A stretch of DNA of 62,494 bases, filler included, from Globobulimina sp. (lineage: Eukaryota): assembly GCA_003354225.1 (NCBI GenBank). It is 28 parts of 28 records of this genome, joined end to end, with 100 filler letters (N's around TTAATTAATTAA, not from the genome) between each part and the next. Parts side by side here need not be neighbours in the genome. Positions count along the whole stretch, not along the records: positions 11,185 to 13,320 come from PIVH01008711.1; positions 13,421 to 15,556 come from PIVH01008712.1; positions 15,657 to 17,792 come from PIVH01008713.1; positions 17,893 to 20,028 come from PIVH01008714.1; positions 20,129 to 22,264 come from PIVH01008715.1; positions 22,365 to 24,500 come from PIVH01008716.1; 22 more parts are not named here. One strand, 5' to 3'. Below are positions 11,204-23,780 of this stretch, piece by piece (position 1 is the first letter of the stretch; each line of letters begins with the position of its first letter). Position numbers and translations under genes: made by a program. The notes under the pieces were generated by a model that was not told the DNA's origin, did no database searches, and saw only the letters and a list, made by a program, of their open reading frames with translations.

Positions 11204-11590
11204 TCATTGCGGAAATGTCAACGTGAGATGTAGTGAGTTTATGGAACAGTTTTTAGAAGTGCGGAAACGCAAAGCGGATAATATATACAGCTCCGCAAAA
11301 TGACTTTTCGAGTTAGCTTTAATAAAATAATTAAATAAAACAATCGCAAACAAAAAACAAACACTCTTGCTTTGCAATTGCTTTTCATCATTCTTTGCCT
11401 TCTGCTGCTGCTGCTGTCGTTGGCGAGACAGTTTCGCTTTTGTTCTTTGTCCTTTTGCCGTTGGTGACCCAGTTCCTTTTGCGTTGGTAAGTATAACATT
11501 GTGTTGAATCGTGGTATTGGCACCAAATTGCGGAACCGATGTTGGCACCATGCTCGACATTGAGACAATAATGTTTTTAATGTCGGGCAT
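11204..11590 (-). CDS. Hypothetical protein, first exon (Q/K-rich)
   Basis: ATG-initiated ORF with poly-Gln that runs into an AT-rich intron-like stretch. No domain recognised. Confidence 0.3.
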   Translation of the reverse strand: MPDIKNIIVSMSSMVPTSVPQFGANTTIQHNVILTNAKGTGSPTAKGQRTKAKLSRQRQQQQQKAKNDEKQLQSKSVCFLFAIVLFNYFIKANSKSHFAELYILSALRFRTSKNCSINSLHLTLTFPQ

Positions 11591-12172
11591 TTAATGTTGA
11601 CATGAAAAAAGCTTTGTGGATTTATTTTTTTTGCCCGAAATATTTATGTTTGAAACCAAATGATCAACTCTAGGAACCCCCATACAGGTTTCAAGAATAT
11701 ATCCTTGCTTTCACATTGCGATCAACATATGCAAAATTTAGATATGGTAATATTATACCCCATAAGTTTAGCAATGATATAAAGAAGCAGTATTTATACA
11801 TCTTCGATTGTATGATTATGTCATAATAATATGTATAAATAATATTGTTTGCAAGTATGCTGTTTACTTCGAGTATAGATCCATTTTTTGCAGCTTCTTT
11901 TTCAGACTCGGTATACAATAAAAAAATCATGATTGGTGCATTGAGTTTACAGACGTTGCTATATGGCCATCATTATTATAATTACCATAATTTCCATAAT
12001 TTTAATTTATCTTTATTGTTTGTTTTAGTTTGTTGATCTGACAGTTAACTGTCAGATATCTCTCCTTGAACAAGTGCTACGACAGAAACAGAAACACACA
12101 AACAAAAAATAGTACTTGTGTATAAACCCTACCCTACCCTAGTCTGTCTAGTCTAGTCTAGCTTTGAATTAA

Positions 12173-13320
12173 ATGGGCAACTTTGTCTCAGACACAATCG
12201 ATGACAAATGTTTTCGCCAGAAATACGAATTAGGCGACCACATTGCCACAGGAACATTTGCCACGGTCCGATATTGTAAAAGGAGAGCAGATGAAAAAGA
12301 ATTTGCTGTTAAAATTGTAAAAAAAAGCTTTTGCACCAATAATGAACTGCATCTCCTTCAGGATGAGATTCAAATTTATTCCACCATCAAACATCCGAAT
12401 ATTATTAATATTTATGATGTATTTCAAAATGATAACAATGTAAAAATGGTACTTGAACTGTGTAACAAGCAAACTCTCTGCGACCGCATGTATTATGCGC
12501 CCAATTTCAGATTAACAGAACATGAATGTGCATATATTGCGTTTGTGATTGGCAACACATTGAAATATTTACATTCTCTGCAAATTGTGCACAGAGACAT
12601 TAAGCCTGAAAATATTCTCTTTACGAAAAGTGGTGTTTTGAAATTAACAGATTTCGGCTCTGCCTTTACCAAAATTAACAGAAAAGTCACATTAACAGAT
12701 AATAAGGAGGAGAACGATGAGAACGTTAACGATGAGAGTGATGATTCAGATTTACTTTATATGCGAACAGTGATTGGCACTCCGAATTATGCGGCGCCCG
12801 AAATATTAAAACAAGAGAAATATTGCAGCCAAGTGGATGTGTGGTCGTTAGGTGTCATATTATTTCAATGTTTGAGTGGCTATCATCCGTTTTTAACGCG
12901 GAGGACGATGAAATCGATTGGCACATTGTATGCGACCATCATTGCTGGCAAATATAAATTTGAGTGCATTTGGCAAGATATCGATGGCGAAGCCGTGGAT
13001 TTAGTGAAAAAACTAATTGTTGTCCATCCTAAACAGCGTCTTTCCACTCAACAACTCTTAAACCATCCATTTGTGCACAAATACCAAAGTAAAAAGAATC
13101 CATTTGCTGCGACGTCGACTGATAACAATAATAATAATAACAAAAATAATAATATTTTCAACAAGCTACGAACAGTGTCTTTAGCGCCAGTTTTTAGTCC
13201 GAAACCCAAACCAATCACATTGAAATCCGGCATTTTATACAAAAAAAGTGTGAAACTAAACACTTATAAACAACGCTTGTTTGAATTAAAAATGAATGGA
13301 CATTTAATTTATTTTGAGCT
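12173..13320 (+). CDS. CAMK-group Ser/Thr kinase with start of a C-terminal PH domain, 3' partial
   Basis: ATGTFA glycine loop, FAVK, HRDIKPEN, DFG, GTPNYAAPE, DVWSLGV. After a poly-Asn linker comes LKSGILYKK...YKQRLFEL (PH beta1-2). Starts MGN. Confidence 0.92.
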
Positions 13321-13420
13321 NNNNNNNNNNNNNNNNNNNNNNNNNNNNNNNNNNNNNNNNNNNNTTAATTAATTAANNNNNNNNNNNNNNNNNNNNNNNN
13401 NNNNNNNNNNNNNNNNNNNN

Positions 13421-14735
13421 CAAATATTTTTTATTCACTCACAATTTTAACCATGATAACCAGAGCAAAAGACGTCTGCACACAAACAACAATGACAACA
13501 AAGCCCCATTATATCCGCAAATATCGCGTTGTAAACGTCAACTTAAAATGGTACATCATAACCCAAACGTATTCACAATCGACAACTTCTTGACAGAAAA
13601 CGAAATCAACCATTTACTGTCCATAGTTCAAAACAACAGCAGCAAATTCGAGACATCCTATACCCAGGCAACTGAAAATGATCAGGTATATATATATAAC
13701 AATAGACAATAAACAATATATATCCATACATGTACATACAATCAGATATATTCGACGGAGAGGACATCGACCTTCATATTTCTGCAAAAATACATGGATA
13801 AAATCAGCAGAACCATTGAGTGCAGAGCTGCCGACATCGTCTCCATATCCATCGAGAATGTGGAGCCATTGCAAGTGGTGCGATACACTCAAGGCCAGGA
13901 ATTCAAATTGCATCATGATGCCGGCACTTTGATCGATACTTCAAAAGCATCCTCATCTTCGTTATGGAGTCTCGCCAGCAACCAAAGCAATAACAGCAAC
14001 GTATCAAATGTATCACAGTCGAACCACTCGCTTGGTGGTTACAGTGTGGACTATATACGCAATCCACAAATATATCAAAATGCAAATATGTATAACAGCA
14101 ATACCAACAACAAACTGCCTGCACAGCAATTGACCTCTGCGCAGTATGTCATATTATTCCAACAATGGCAACAACGCTTGCAACAACAAGCTACGATCGC
14201 GCAGCAACAGTTGCAATTACTCAATAATTGCAATAAAAACAACAATCAAAGACCCCGGCGACCACAAAGCTGTCCGCCACCGGCCGTCATTCCGCTGTCG
14301 AGAGCGCAGGGAAATGCGTATGAATTTGACACCGTTATGTTTTTTATATGTTTGTTTGCGTTTTTTCGTATATATACGTATGATCTGTATATATTATATG
14401 TGTTTTTGTAGAAAGAAGAGGCGAAGAAAGAGAAAGAAGAGAAATATGAGTCCTACAACGTGCAGATTGTGGCGCCGGTGCGGTTATTTTCATTTTTTGT
14501 GTACCTGACCACATTGCCGGAAGACTGTGGCGGAGAGACTTATTTTCCAAAGTTGGGATTGAAAGTGCGACCTGAAAGAGGAAAAGCAGTGTTGTGGAGT
14601 AACGTTGACGTGAATAATACATTGAAAGCGGATCCTGAGCTTATTCATAGTGCTATGCCGGTGAAAGGGAAGCATTTGAAAATTGGAATGAATATTTGGA
14701 TCGATAATGCTAAGGTTGATGCCAACTATCGTTAA
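13421..14735 (+). CDS. Prolyl 4-hydroxylase (2OG-Fe(II) dioxygenase), 3 exons, likely 5' partial
   Basis: PNVFTIDNFLTENE, RTS, EPLQVVRYTQGQEFKLHHD, FFVYL...GGETYFP, HSAMPV...KIGMNIW. GT-AG introns 13686..13745 and 14334..14411 join the frames. Confidence 0.88.
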
Positions 14736-15656
14736 TAACATGTGATTTATTTAATATTTTATACAGAATGACTTAGGATCGAGTGTCTGTGCATTTGTCT
14801 GATAGTTTTAATACAGTATTGTAAGAGCAAGAGAAATTAGCTCCTTTTTTTGTAATTAGATGATACGTCCGAGCAATAGTCAATAGATCGGTGCCTAGTC
14901 AGATCGGATATTGCCATTTGCAGTCGGTATACAATTGACTTTTTTATTTATCAAAAAGCCGTAAATTTTTAAAGATGATAAAGATTTCCAATTGCGACTG
15001 ATTTGTAGTTATCAGATCACCCTCTCAACAGTTAATGTTTTCCTATTCAATATCCATGTAAACCACAACTGTCCGAAAAAATGGGCCGTAGTTAGCATTC
15101 AGTGAAGTAAAACTGCGCTTTAAAAAAATTTTAAAATATTAAACATATAAAATGTACATAATAAATAGCAAAAAAACGATCTAAAAAAGCTCATGCAACA
15201 AAATTCCAAAAATTATTTAAAAAAAAGACACAAACAAACCATTCAAAAAGACACAAACACAACAAAAAGTATAAAATTGCAAAAATAAAATCAAAATACC
15301 GAATAAAAAATTGATAAATGCACAAAAAATGTAATAAAATCACATTCAATCACACACAGTCAAACATTAATAAATCATTTCTCCGACGATAACTATCTTT
15401 TGTTTGTTGCATTGATATTTTAATTTTTGGATATTTCATATTTAATGATGATGAGATTGATGAATATACAAAATATAGCCAACTTCGTCTATTTCCACTC
15501 CCTTCATTTCTATCCTTCCATACGCCATATAATGAACATTTTATTTTATTTCTTTTNNNNNNNNNNNNNNNNNNNNNNNNNNNNNNNNNNNNNNNNNNNN
15601 TTAATTAATTAANNNNNNNNNNNNNNNNNNNNNNNNNNNNNNNNNNNNNNNNNNNN

Positions 15657-16144
15657 ATGTCATGTGGAATTGGTGAATTTTGTTTCCGCTGTTTTATAAC
15701 ACGTCGTGGTTGTGGCGGTTGTTTCGGTTGTTTTTGTTGCTGTTGTTGGGCATATTGCTGTTGCTGAAATTGTTGGAATTGCGCGTATTGATTGGGTGGA
15801 TTAGGTACATTGTTATAATATTGTCGTTGTTTTGGCTGTCTATAGGCGCTGTTGTTGTTGTTGTTGTTGTTATTGTTGTTATTATTGTTATTGTGTTGGT
15901 TATGATGGTTGAGATTGCGGTTTTTATTCGAATTCATTGCTTGTTGATCTGTAGAATAGACTTCTTTTTGTCCCTTATATTTTTGATTTGGTGGTCCTTT
16001 TTGATAATGCTGGGCTTGTTGTTGAGCGTATTGTGGACCAAAATGATGTTTACCAAATCCTGGCGATTGCTGGTATTTTTGGTTACTATTTCCCACTGAA
16101 CCACGACCACCATAACCATTGGTTCCATTGCTATAGGGGTCCAT
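15657..16144 (-). CDS. Q/N/Y/G-rich low-complexity protein N-terminus, 3' partial
   Basis: ORF from MDPYSNG with poly-Asn and QQY repeats, open to the contig end. Confidence 0.6.
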
Positions 16145-16651
16145 GGTCAAAAAAAATGTTTAATGATTGGTGTTTTTGGTGAGCGGATTTCAACTTTTAG
16201 TTGCTCTAAAAAAAACAAAAACTTTTACTGCATTTTTCATAATACCATCTGGTCGTTGGTAACGCACATTTATTACGAAATCAATCAATAAATAATAACA
16301 GTAAACAAAGGAAGGGAATGATACCATTGTCTGACTTAGAAATGCAAGCATTTCTCCCAACAACACAGCTCATAACACCACCATTATCGCACACAAACAG
16401 ACAATGTCCCAATTGAGGCTTCAACATTCTTACACCAGTCATTTTGCGTCTGTTTAGCAAAGATACCCAAAAATATGAGCGATATTGAAAAGCATCGATC
16501 AATTTGCAGATTTTCATGTGTGTAATATAATGTTTGTTACAATAAAAATAGAACTTTTTCGAGAAATTTCTGATATCTAATCCGAATTATCTGATATTTA
16601 GTTGTTGTTTGCAAATACTGTTATTCAATATTTTTATCACGAAAAGAATTA

Positions 16652-17164
16652 TTGCATCATTTGCAGCAAAGAAGACGAGAAGAAGGTGCTGAATGCATTG
16701 AATCTGAAACATTTAAATGCGATTTTATTGGATGTCATAAAATATTTTATGCACAATGGCAATTAAACAAACATCAAAAAAAACATGGAAAAAAACATAA
16801 ACGAATATTGAAATGTGGATATCCGCACTGTCAGCAATCATTTGGTAGCAAGTGGCGTTTACAAAAACACATAACAAAAATACATAAAGATATACAATTT
16901 AAATGTTCATTTTGTAATCAACATTTTTCTGACGGAGCTGTATTAAAAAAACATATTGCTTTTCATCATTCAAATATTGAAAAACAATATTTATGCAAAA
17001 AATGTCATAAGAAATTTAGAACCAAAGGCAATTTAAAAGAGCATTTGCTATGTCATTTAAAAAGAGTCGATAGGAAATTATATCAATGTCACAATTGTTG
17101 TGATGTTTCATTTACGTTGAAAACAAGTTATACCAGACACGTTAGCAAATTTCATTCGCATTAA
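16652..17164 (+). CDS. C2H2 zinc-finger protein (five fingers), start codon unresolved
   Basis: Five C-x2/4-C...F...L..H-x3/4-H units. No ATG near the ORF start. Confidence 0.8.
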   Translation: MHHLQQRRREEGAECIESETFKCDFIGCHKIFYAQWQLNKHQKKHGKKHKRILKCGYPHCQQSFGSKWRLQKHITKIHKDIQFKCSFCNQHFSDGAVLKKHIAFHHSNIEKQYLCKKCHKKFRTKGNLKEHLLCHLKRVDRKLYQCHNCCDVSFTLKTSYTRHVSKFHSH

Positions 17165-17469
17165 AATTAGTAAAATTGTTTTTAAATTATATTAAGTTTG
17201 TGTGTTGTTAGTGTTTCTTTTATAATCGCAATCAACGTTTTTTGTTTGTGCAATTGTTTAGGAGCTAATAATTTAATCTTCATTCTAAAACAATTTAAAA
17301 CATAAATTAAAAACAATTCCATATGATGAAGGTTGCGGATTTGCGGTTTTAATGACATTAGAAACGAGGACAAAGTCAAAGGTGTTTGAAATTCTCAACG
17401 ATTGAAAATAAAACCACGACAAACACATTCATTTCAAACAAAGTCAGTTTGTAGCAACAATAGAATGAG

Positions 17470-17792
17470 TTATGTATAATAATTTAGATCCGATTTTTTC
17501 TTGGATTGAACAAGAGTAATACCCTCCATAAAATCTTCGTGCATTAATATTTTGCCATCTCTTCGTAATGCAATCATACCAGCTTCGACCGCAATTGCTT
17601 TCAATTGTGCACCATTAAAATCCTCACAACATCTCGCCAACTCTTTAAAATTAACATCTTGATGATAATTCATTTTGGTTGCATGTATTTTTATTATCCG
17701 TTCCCTGGCCAACTCATTTGGTAATGGACACTCTATTTTCCTGTCAATACGACCAGATCTTAATAATGCCGGATCCAAAATATCTGGCCGGT
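17470..17792 (-). CDS. RPT5: 26S proteasome AAA-ATPase Rpt5/PSMC3, C-terminal part
   Basis: [34 protein letters not shown] and the C-terminus [10 protein letters not shown] are characteristic of Rpt5. Confidence 0.9.
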
Positions 17793-17892
17793 NNNNNNNN
17801 NNNNNNNNNNNNNNNNNNNNNNNNNNNNNNNNNNNNTTAATTAATTAANNNNNNNNNNNNNNNNNNNNNNNNNNNNNNNNNNNNNNNNNNNN

Positions 17893-20028
17893 GATGGTGT
17901 GATGGCTGGTTGTTTATTAAATATATTTGGTGTGATAATGTTTTTGCGCCTTGGCTGGATCATTGGGTATCGTTTCTTTCTTACTTTACGTATTTATTTT
18001 ACATTGTTATTAAACTTTATATTAAACAAAAAACAACAGACAATGTGGCATGTTGCTGTGTTTACTGATAATTGGCTTATCGACAGTCATTACATTGTTA
18101 ACAACATTATCAATGTCTGCAATTTGTACAAACGGCACAATAAAAGCAGGCGGTGCCTATTATATAATATCGCGAACATTGGGACCCGCATTTGGTGGAA
18201 GTGTGGGGATGTTACTGTCCTTTGGTAACATGATCGCGGTGGCTTTATATTTAATTGGTTTCTCCGAAACATTGGTTGATAATCTCTTATCTGATGCTAA
18301 TTTTAGCATAACTGGTCATTATGTAAATGATGTTCGGATTTGGGCGAATATTCTCTTAGTTTTTGTGTTAATTTTAGCTGTGGTTGGCTTAAAATATGTA
18401 ATTAAAATGCAAATTGGCTTATTAGTATTCATTTGTTTTGCTATATTCACATTGGTCTTAGGCTCATTTTATCAAACAAAAGATGACGCATTGTATGGTT
18501 ATAAAGGTTGGTCCAATGGCAATTTTGTGGATAATTTATCTGCAGATTACGAGGAGAATTGGAATTTTTGGGCAGTATTAGCAATATTCTTCCCCGCGGT
18601 GACTGGTATCATGGCTGGGGCCAATATCTCCGGTGACTTAAGGTCTGTTTATTATTTATAACCATACACAAAAAGGTGTATACGTTCAGATTAATACCCA
18701 AAAACAAACTTGTTTTCTCATGATTTATGCGTGAAAAACATGTGTTTTTGTGTGTTTTCCAGGAACCCATCATCTGATATCCCGCAAGGAACATTAGCGG
18801 CCATCGCAGTGTCATCCACAGTGTATATGATCCTGGCAATGATTGTTGGCGCAGTGACCTCACGGCAGGAATTGCTCGACAATACATTGGTGATGGCAGA
18901 GATTTGTGTGTGGGACTATATAGTTTTAATGGGCATTTATGCAGCAACCTTATCCTCGGCAATAGCGAGTTTAGTGGGCGCCCCCCGTATTTTGATGGCC
19001 ATTGCAAATGATGATATCATACGCATTCCGGGCTTATCATTCTTTGCTAAAACAGATGAATATGGCAATCCCATTCGAGGCTACTTCTTATCTTTTTTAA
19101 TTGCATTTTGTTTCAATTGCGTTGGTGAATTGAACCTGATCGCACCATTAATCTCTCAATTTTTCATCATTGTTTATTTGCTGATAAATTTCTCTTGTTT
19201 TATAATGGAAATCTCGCGCTGTCCCGGCTGGAGACCAGGCTTCAAATACTTTAATAAATACAGCTCGTTGTTAGGTTCAGTTTTGTGCATTTCCGTGATG
19301 TTTTTATTGGATCACTGGTATGCCACTGGCACATTGGCCATTGCGTTTGCTTTGTATTTGTTAATCACATGGAGTGACCCCATCTGTTCATGGGGCGGCT
19401 CGTTTTATTCATATTCTGTGTACAAAGTGTACCGCAATTTGCTAGGATTGGCGTTGGATGACAACAAACAAAACAGTCAAATTGTGTGGAGGCCCTCATT
19501 TTTGTTGGTCACATTTGGCGATACTTCCTCTTCATTGATATCCTTCATTGAAACATTGCGGAAAGACCACAGTTTGATATTTTGCATTAAGATATTAGTG
19601 GGTGATTATAGGAGCAATTTAAAATATAAATGCAATGGGAATCTGCGCCGCAATGAAGAAAGAGGACAGAAATCAATTATGGGTTATTTGCCAATTAAAC
19701 AATACAAACAGAGACGGACCAAATTAACCGGAAAACGCGTGTTGGGATTTAATAATATTATCACATCGGATTCGTACAGAAATGGCTTCCAATCTACGTT
19801 GCAATTGTGTGGTTTAGGCGTATTGCGACCAAATACACTCATTATAAAGTTATTGGACAGCGAGGATAGTGTGGATATTGACGAATATGTGGATTGTTTA
19901 CGGGATGCGTTGTTAAGTGAGTTGTGTGTAATTATTTGTTGTGGTTTTTACGAGAAAATAAATTTTTCATTCCGCAAATTTGCACTAAATAATGGTAATA
20001 ATATCTTGGATGTGTGGTGGATGACAGA
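17893..20028 (+). CDS. SLC12 cation-chloride cotransporter, internal fragment
   Basis: NIFGVIMFLRLGW, SMSAICTNG..AGGAYYIISRTLG, FFPAVTGIMAGANISGDL, PGWRPGFKY, GLGVLRPNTL. Introns 17967..18039 and 18643..18762. Confidence 0.93.
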
Positions 20029-20128
20029 NNNNNNNNNNNNNNNNNNNNNNNNNNNNNNNNNNNNNNNNNNNNTTAATTAATTAANNNNNNNNNNNNNNNN
20101 NNNNNNNNNNNNNNNNNNNNNNNNNNNN

Positions 20129-21233
20129 CCATCATCTTTGGATTGGTGGATTGCCCGCTTTTGTCTCTGGTTTGCGCCGGTTTCATATTTGTGTGATAAG
20201 CCCCTGGCACATATATGCCACCCCATTTATGTGTATGTTTACCAATTGGCGCTAAAGCACAATAAAGTGTGTTCCTACTGCCTTCTTCCGCATTCCTTTA
20301 AGCAATATTAATTTGAGTACACTCATCAATATTACATATATAGATATAATACCTTAATCCCATTAACCAGGCAGGATACATACAAAATAATGCTAATTTC
20401 ATATGCCATTTCCATTTACTTGTATTAAATATACTCGTTCTAACTCCACCGGGATGTATTGAACAAATCGAGATTGGAATATTGAACTTTGAAAATACCT
20501 CCGTTTGCAAATAGGTTGTATGTAATATCTGTGCCAATTTTGAGGTACCATATTGACTGCGGGAGCCTTTGCTGTTATGTTGTTTAATCTGTGTTGCTTT
20601 GTCACTGCGCAATGTCTCAATATCTATATAACCTTTGTCATGCCAAATGGAGGAGGTATTCACAATCCGACAATCAAATTCTTTATTTATGCGAGCCGAA
20701 TGAATCATAATTGGCAACAATGAGTAAGTAATCCAAAAATGTGATAAATAATTAATCTGCCAAATCATATTGATGCCATCCTGCGAAAATGTCATTTTAT
20801 AACGTCCACTCAAACCCGCATTGTTGATTAATAAATGTAACGGATATTTCTTCTCTTTGTAATTGCAAATAAACGATTTGGTTGAATCTAATTTTGATAG
20901 ATCACAGTTCATATATTCTGCGACACCGCCTGCGTAAACTGCGTTTCTTTTAATTTGATTATTAATTGATTTTGCTGCGTCAGAGCCTCGTTGGTAGTGA
21001 CGACACGCTAATATCACATGCGCACCATGGTTGACCAAATACTTTGCCACTTGATAACCTATTCCCTGATTTGAACCAGTAACAATGGCATAATATTGCG
21101 TCAAATTTTTCTTGGATAGAATTTGTGGAGTAATCAATACTCCATTTGCTCGATAGCTCAGATAACATCCAGCTATGAATTGTAGTGCGAGATACGCAAT
21201 TACACCATACATGACAAACGTTAAAAAGACCAT
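20129..21233 (-). CDS. Short-chain dehydrogenase/reductase (retinol dehydrogenase/WWOX-like), 3' partial
   Basis: N-terminal hydrophobic anchor, TGSNQGIG, LINNAG, catalytic YGTSK, HPGGV. Intron 20296..20352 continues into NAEEGSRNTLYCA. Confidence 0.9.
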
Positions 21234-21303
21234 TATGTGGCTGAAAAGAAAAACTTGTGTGGGTCTGAAGTACATCAGAAAAGCAGCATCAGAATCAACA
21301 TCA

Positions 21304-22128
21304 ATGTGTGATTCGACATCGCGTACAGGGAATAATCCATCTCCAGCCAGCATTGGCATTGGTAGTAGAATATCAGTATTCAGTGCTGATTATAGCAGTT
21401 ATGAACCAACAGAATCACCCATACCACTCATCAATCATCCACATGTACATTACAATAATTGTGATAATTTAATAAAAGACGATAGAAGACTCATAAAACA
21501 ATTAACATTCTCTGTATATGACTCAGCAACAATAGGCAGACAGTATTGGCTTCAGATCCAAAACAACTTATCATCGCAATACATTTGTCATCAACTGCCA
21601 GCCAATAATATCAATGCAACGCGCAATCAATTACTATTAAATATAAATGAAATTACCTCATTTCATGAATTCGAGCATGAAATTGATGCAACAATGACTA
21701 TGCCGATAATAAACGAAGAATTAAATAATAAATCAAAACGAAATTTGTATAATAACAATGATGATGATAATGATATAGAATGTAACACAACAGATGTTAT
21801 AACGGAGACTGATGGGAGGAAAAAAAAAGAATATGAAGTACAGAGAATAAGTGGCAAAATTGTAATGGATGATGGGCGCAAATACTATTTAGCTGAATGG
21901 AAAGATTATGATTTATCCGAGTCTTCATGGGAACCGGTGGCCAATTTACGGAAAGCAAGGCATAGCGTTGATATATTTGATGAGAAAAATAAAAAAAATA
22001 AAAATGTAATGTGCAATAAACATAATGGATATGCAATTGTGCCGTGTTGGTCGCATGGGACAAAACGTACAAATAATCGTACAGATTTAACAGATTTGAG
22101 GAGTCATGGCATTGAGTATAAAATATGA
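21304..22128 (+). CDS. Chromodomain-containing protein (start uncertain)
   Basis: EYEVQRI...YYLAEWKDYDLSESSWEPVANL, with the aromatic-cage positions (Y, W, Y) present. Confidence 0.7.
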   Translation: MCDSTSRTGNNPSPASIGIGSRISVFSADYSSYEPTESPIPLINHPHVHYNNCDNLIKDDRRLIKQLTFSVYDSATIGRQYWLQIQNNLSSQYICHQLPANNINATRNQLLLNINEITSFHEFEHEIDATMTMPIINEELNNKSKRNLYNNNDDDNDIECNTTDVITETDGRKKKEYEVQRISGKIVMDDGRKYYLAEWKDYDLSESSWEPVANLRKARHSVDIFDEKNKKNKNVMCNKHNGYAIVPCWSHGTKRTNNRTDLTDLRSHGIEYKI

Positions 22129-22799
22129 CACTGAATATATGACCAATTATTTTATTATTATTAATTATTTTTTTTAAAGTTTTCAACCAATTATTTTTTC
22201 GAACTTTGCACTAAAGTTTTCAACAACTATATTCAGGTGCAATATCACAAAGTTTAATAAACAGNNNNNNNNNNNNNNNNNNNNNNNNNNNNNNNNNNNN
22301 NNNNNNNNTTAATTAATTAANNNNNNNNNNNNNNNNNNNNNNNNNNNNNNNNNNNNNNNNNNNNTTTTTTCAGCAATTATTGGTGCTGTTTTGTGTTGGA
22401 TGGTTTTGGTTGTTGTGCGTTCTGCCATTGTTACATTATTTGGTATGTGTGTTGATATGCATTTATATTATATGATTTAATATGACAATTAAAATTAATA
22501 TTATAAGAAGAACCTGTAATTTTATATGCAAATCGTAGAGAGGATTTTGGTGTGGCGAACGTTAAACAATACACACAAACCACTCCATATCATTTAAACT
22601 ATTTTCTAATGCATTAAAAATACCATATCCATATCCATTCCATGAATCTTTTAGTATTTGTTTCTGTTGACTATGATATCGTTTGTGTTGACTGTGTTTG
22701 CTTGTTCGTTCCTTTTTGTTTACAAAAGGACAAAATCGTACCGTTTCTGTGGAAAGAGCCACATTATGTTTCAAGGTTCTTCAAAAAACTTACCGCAGA

Positions 22800-23780
22800 A
22801 TGCCACACATTTTTGAAGGCCATATTCCGGAAACAAACATAATTGTCGATAAATGTAATACGAAACATGTTGGTTGTTATTTTTTAATCACGCACCCTCA
22901 TACGGACCATACCCAAGGATTAACAGAGAATTTTAATAAAGGTGCCATTCATTGCAGTAAATTATGCAAAGAATTATTATTAATGAGATTTCCATTAATT
23001 CAACAGCATAATCCCATTATTGGCCATTCAGTCGGTTCAACATTCACTTTAAGTCATCTTCAATCGCCAGAAAGAAGAGGCTTAAAAAGGAAAAAAAGAG
23101 TTCATAACAGTAATGATACAGATATTGACATTGACAGCGAAGATGAATGGAGAGATATGCAATCGAACGGTGTACAAATTACTCTCATTGATGCCAATCA
23201 TTGCCCGTTAATTAATTCTTTACTTTTTTTATAGATTTGTTTAGATATTATACGTTGATAAATCATAAACAAACAGTGGATCGGTCATGTTTTTAATAAA
23301 AAATTCCAATGGAAAAGTATATTTACATACCGGTGATTATAGAACATGCTCAGAGATGCTTTGTAATGAGTTACTAACCAATGTCTGGATCGATATTTGT
23401 TATATGGATGTTACTTTTTGTCATCCGTCCTTCAGATTTCCTACAAAAAAGGAAATTGCGCTGCAAACCACTGAATATATTCAAAATAGAAAAAAAGATC
23501 GAAAATGGATGAAAAAACATAACATCTCTTTCAAATTTATCTATATCGAAGCAAAACAGTTAGGCGTTGAACCATTTTTGGTTGAAATGTGCAAAGGATT
23601 TAATACCAAAATATGGGCAAATTCGCGAAGTTGGCAATATAAAAACTTGAATCATTTTGAACGTACGAAAGAATATCTAACTTTGGATCAAAGTGAGGCA
23701 ATGTTCCATATTCCATTTATTCGCCGAGAGGATAAATTTGCTGATTTTGTGGCTAAAGATAGAAAAATGAGACAAGCAAA
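22800..23780 (+). CDS. SNM1/Artemis/Apollo-family metallo-beta-lactamase beta-CASP nuclease, truncated at a junction with bacterial-like DNA
   Basis: THPHTDH, DANHCP|GSVMFL across intron 23207..23276, LHTGDYR, YMDVTF. The C-terminal beta-CASP motifs are absent. Confidence 0.85.
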
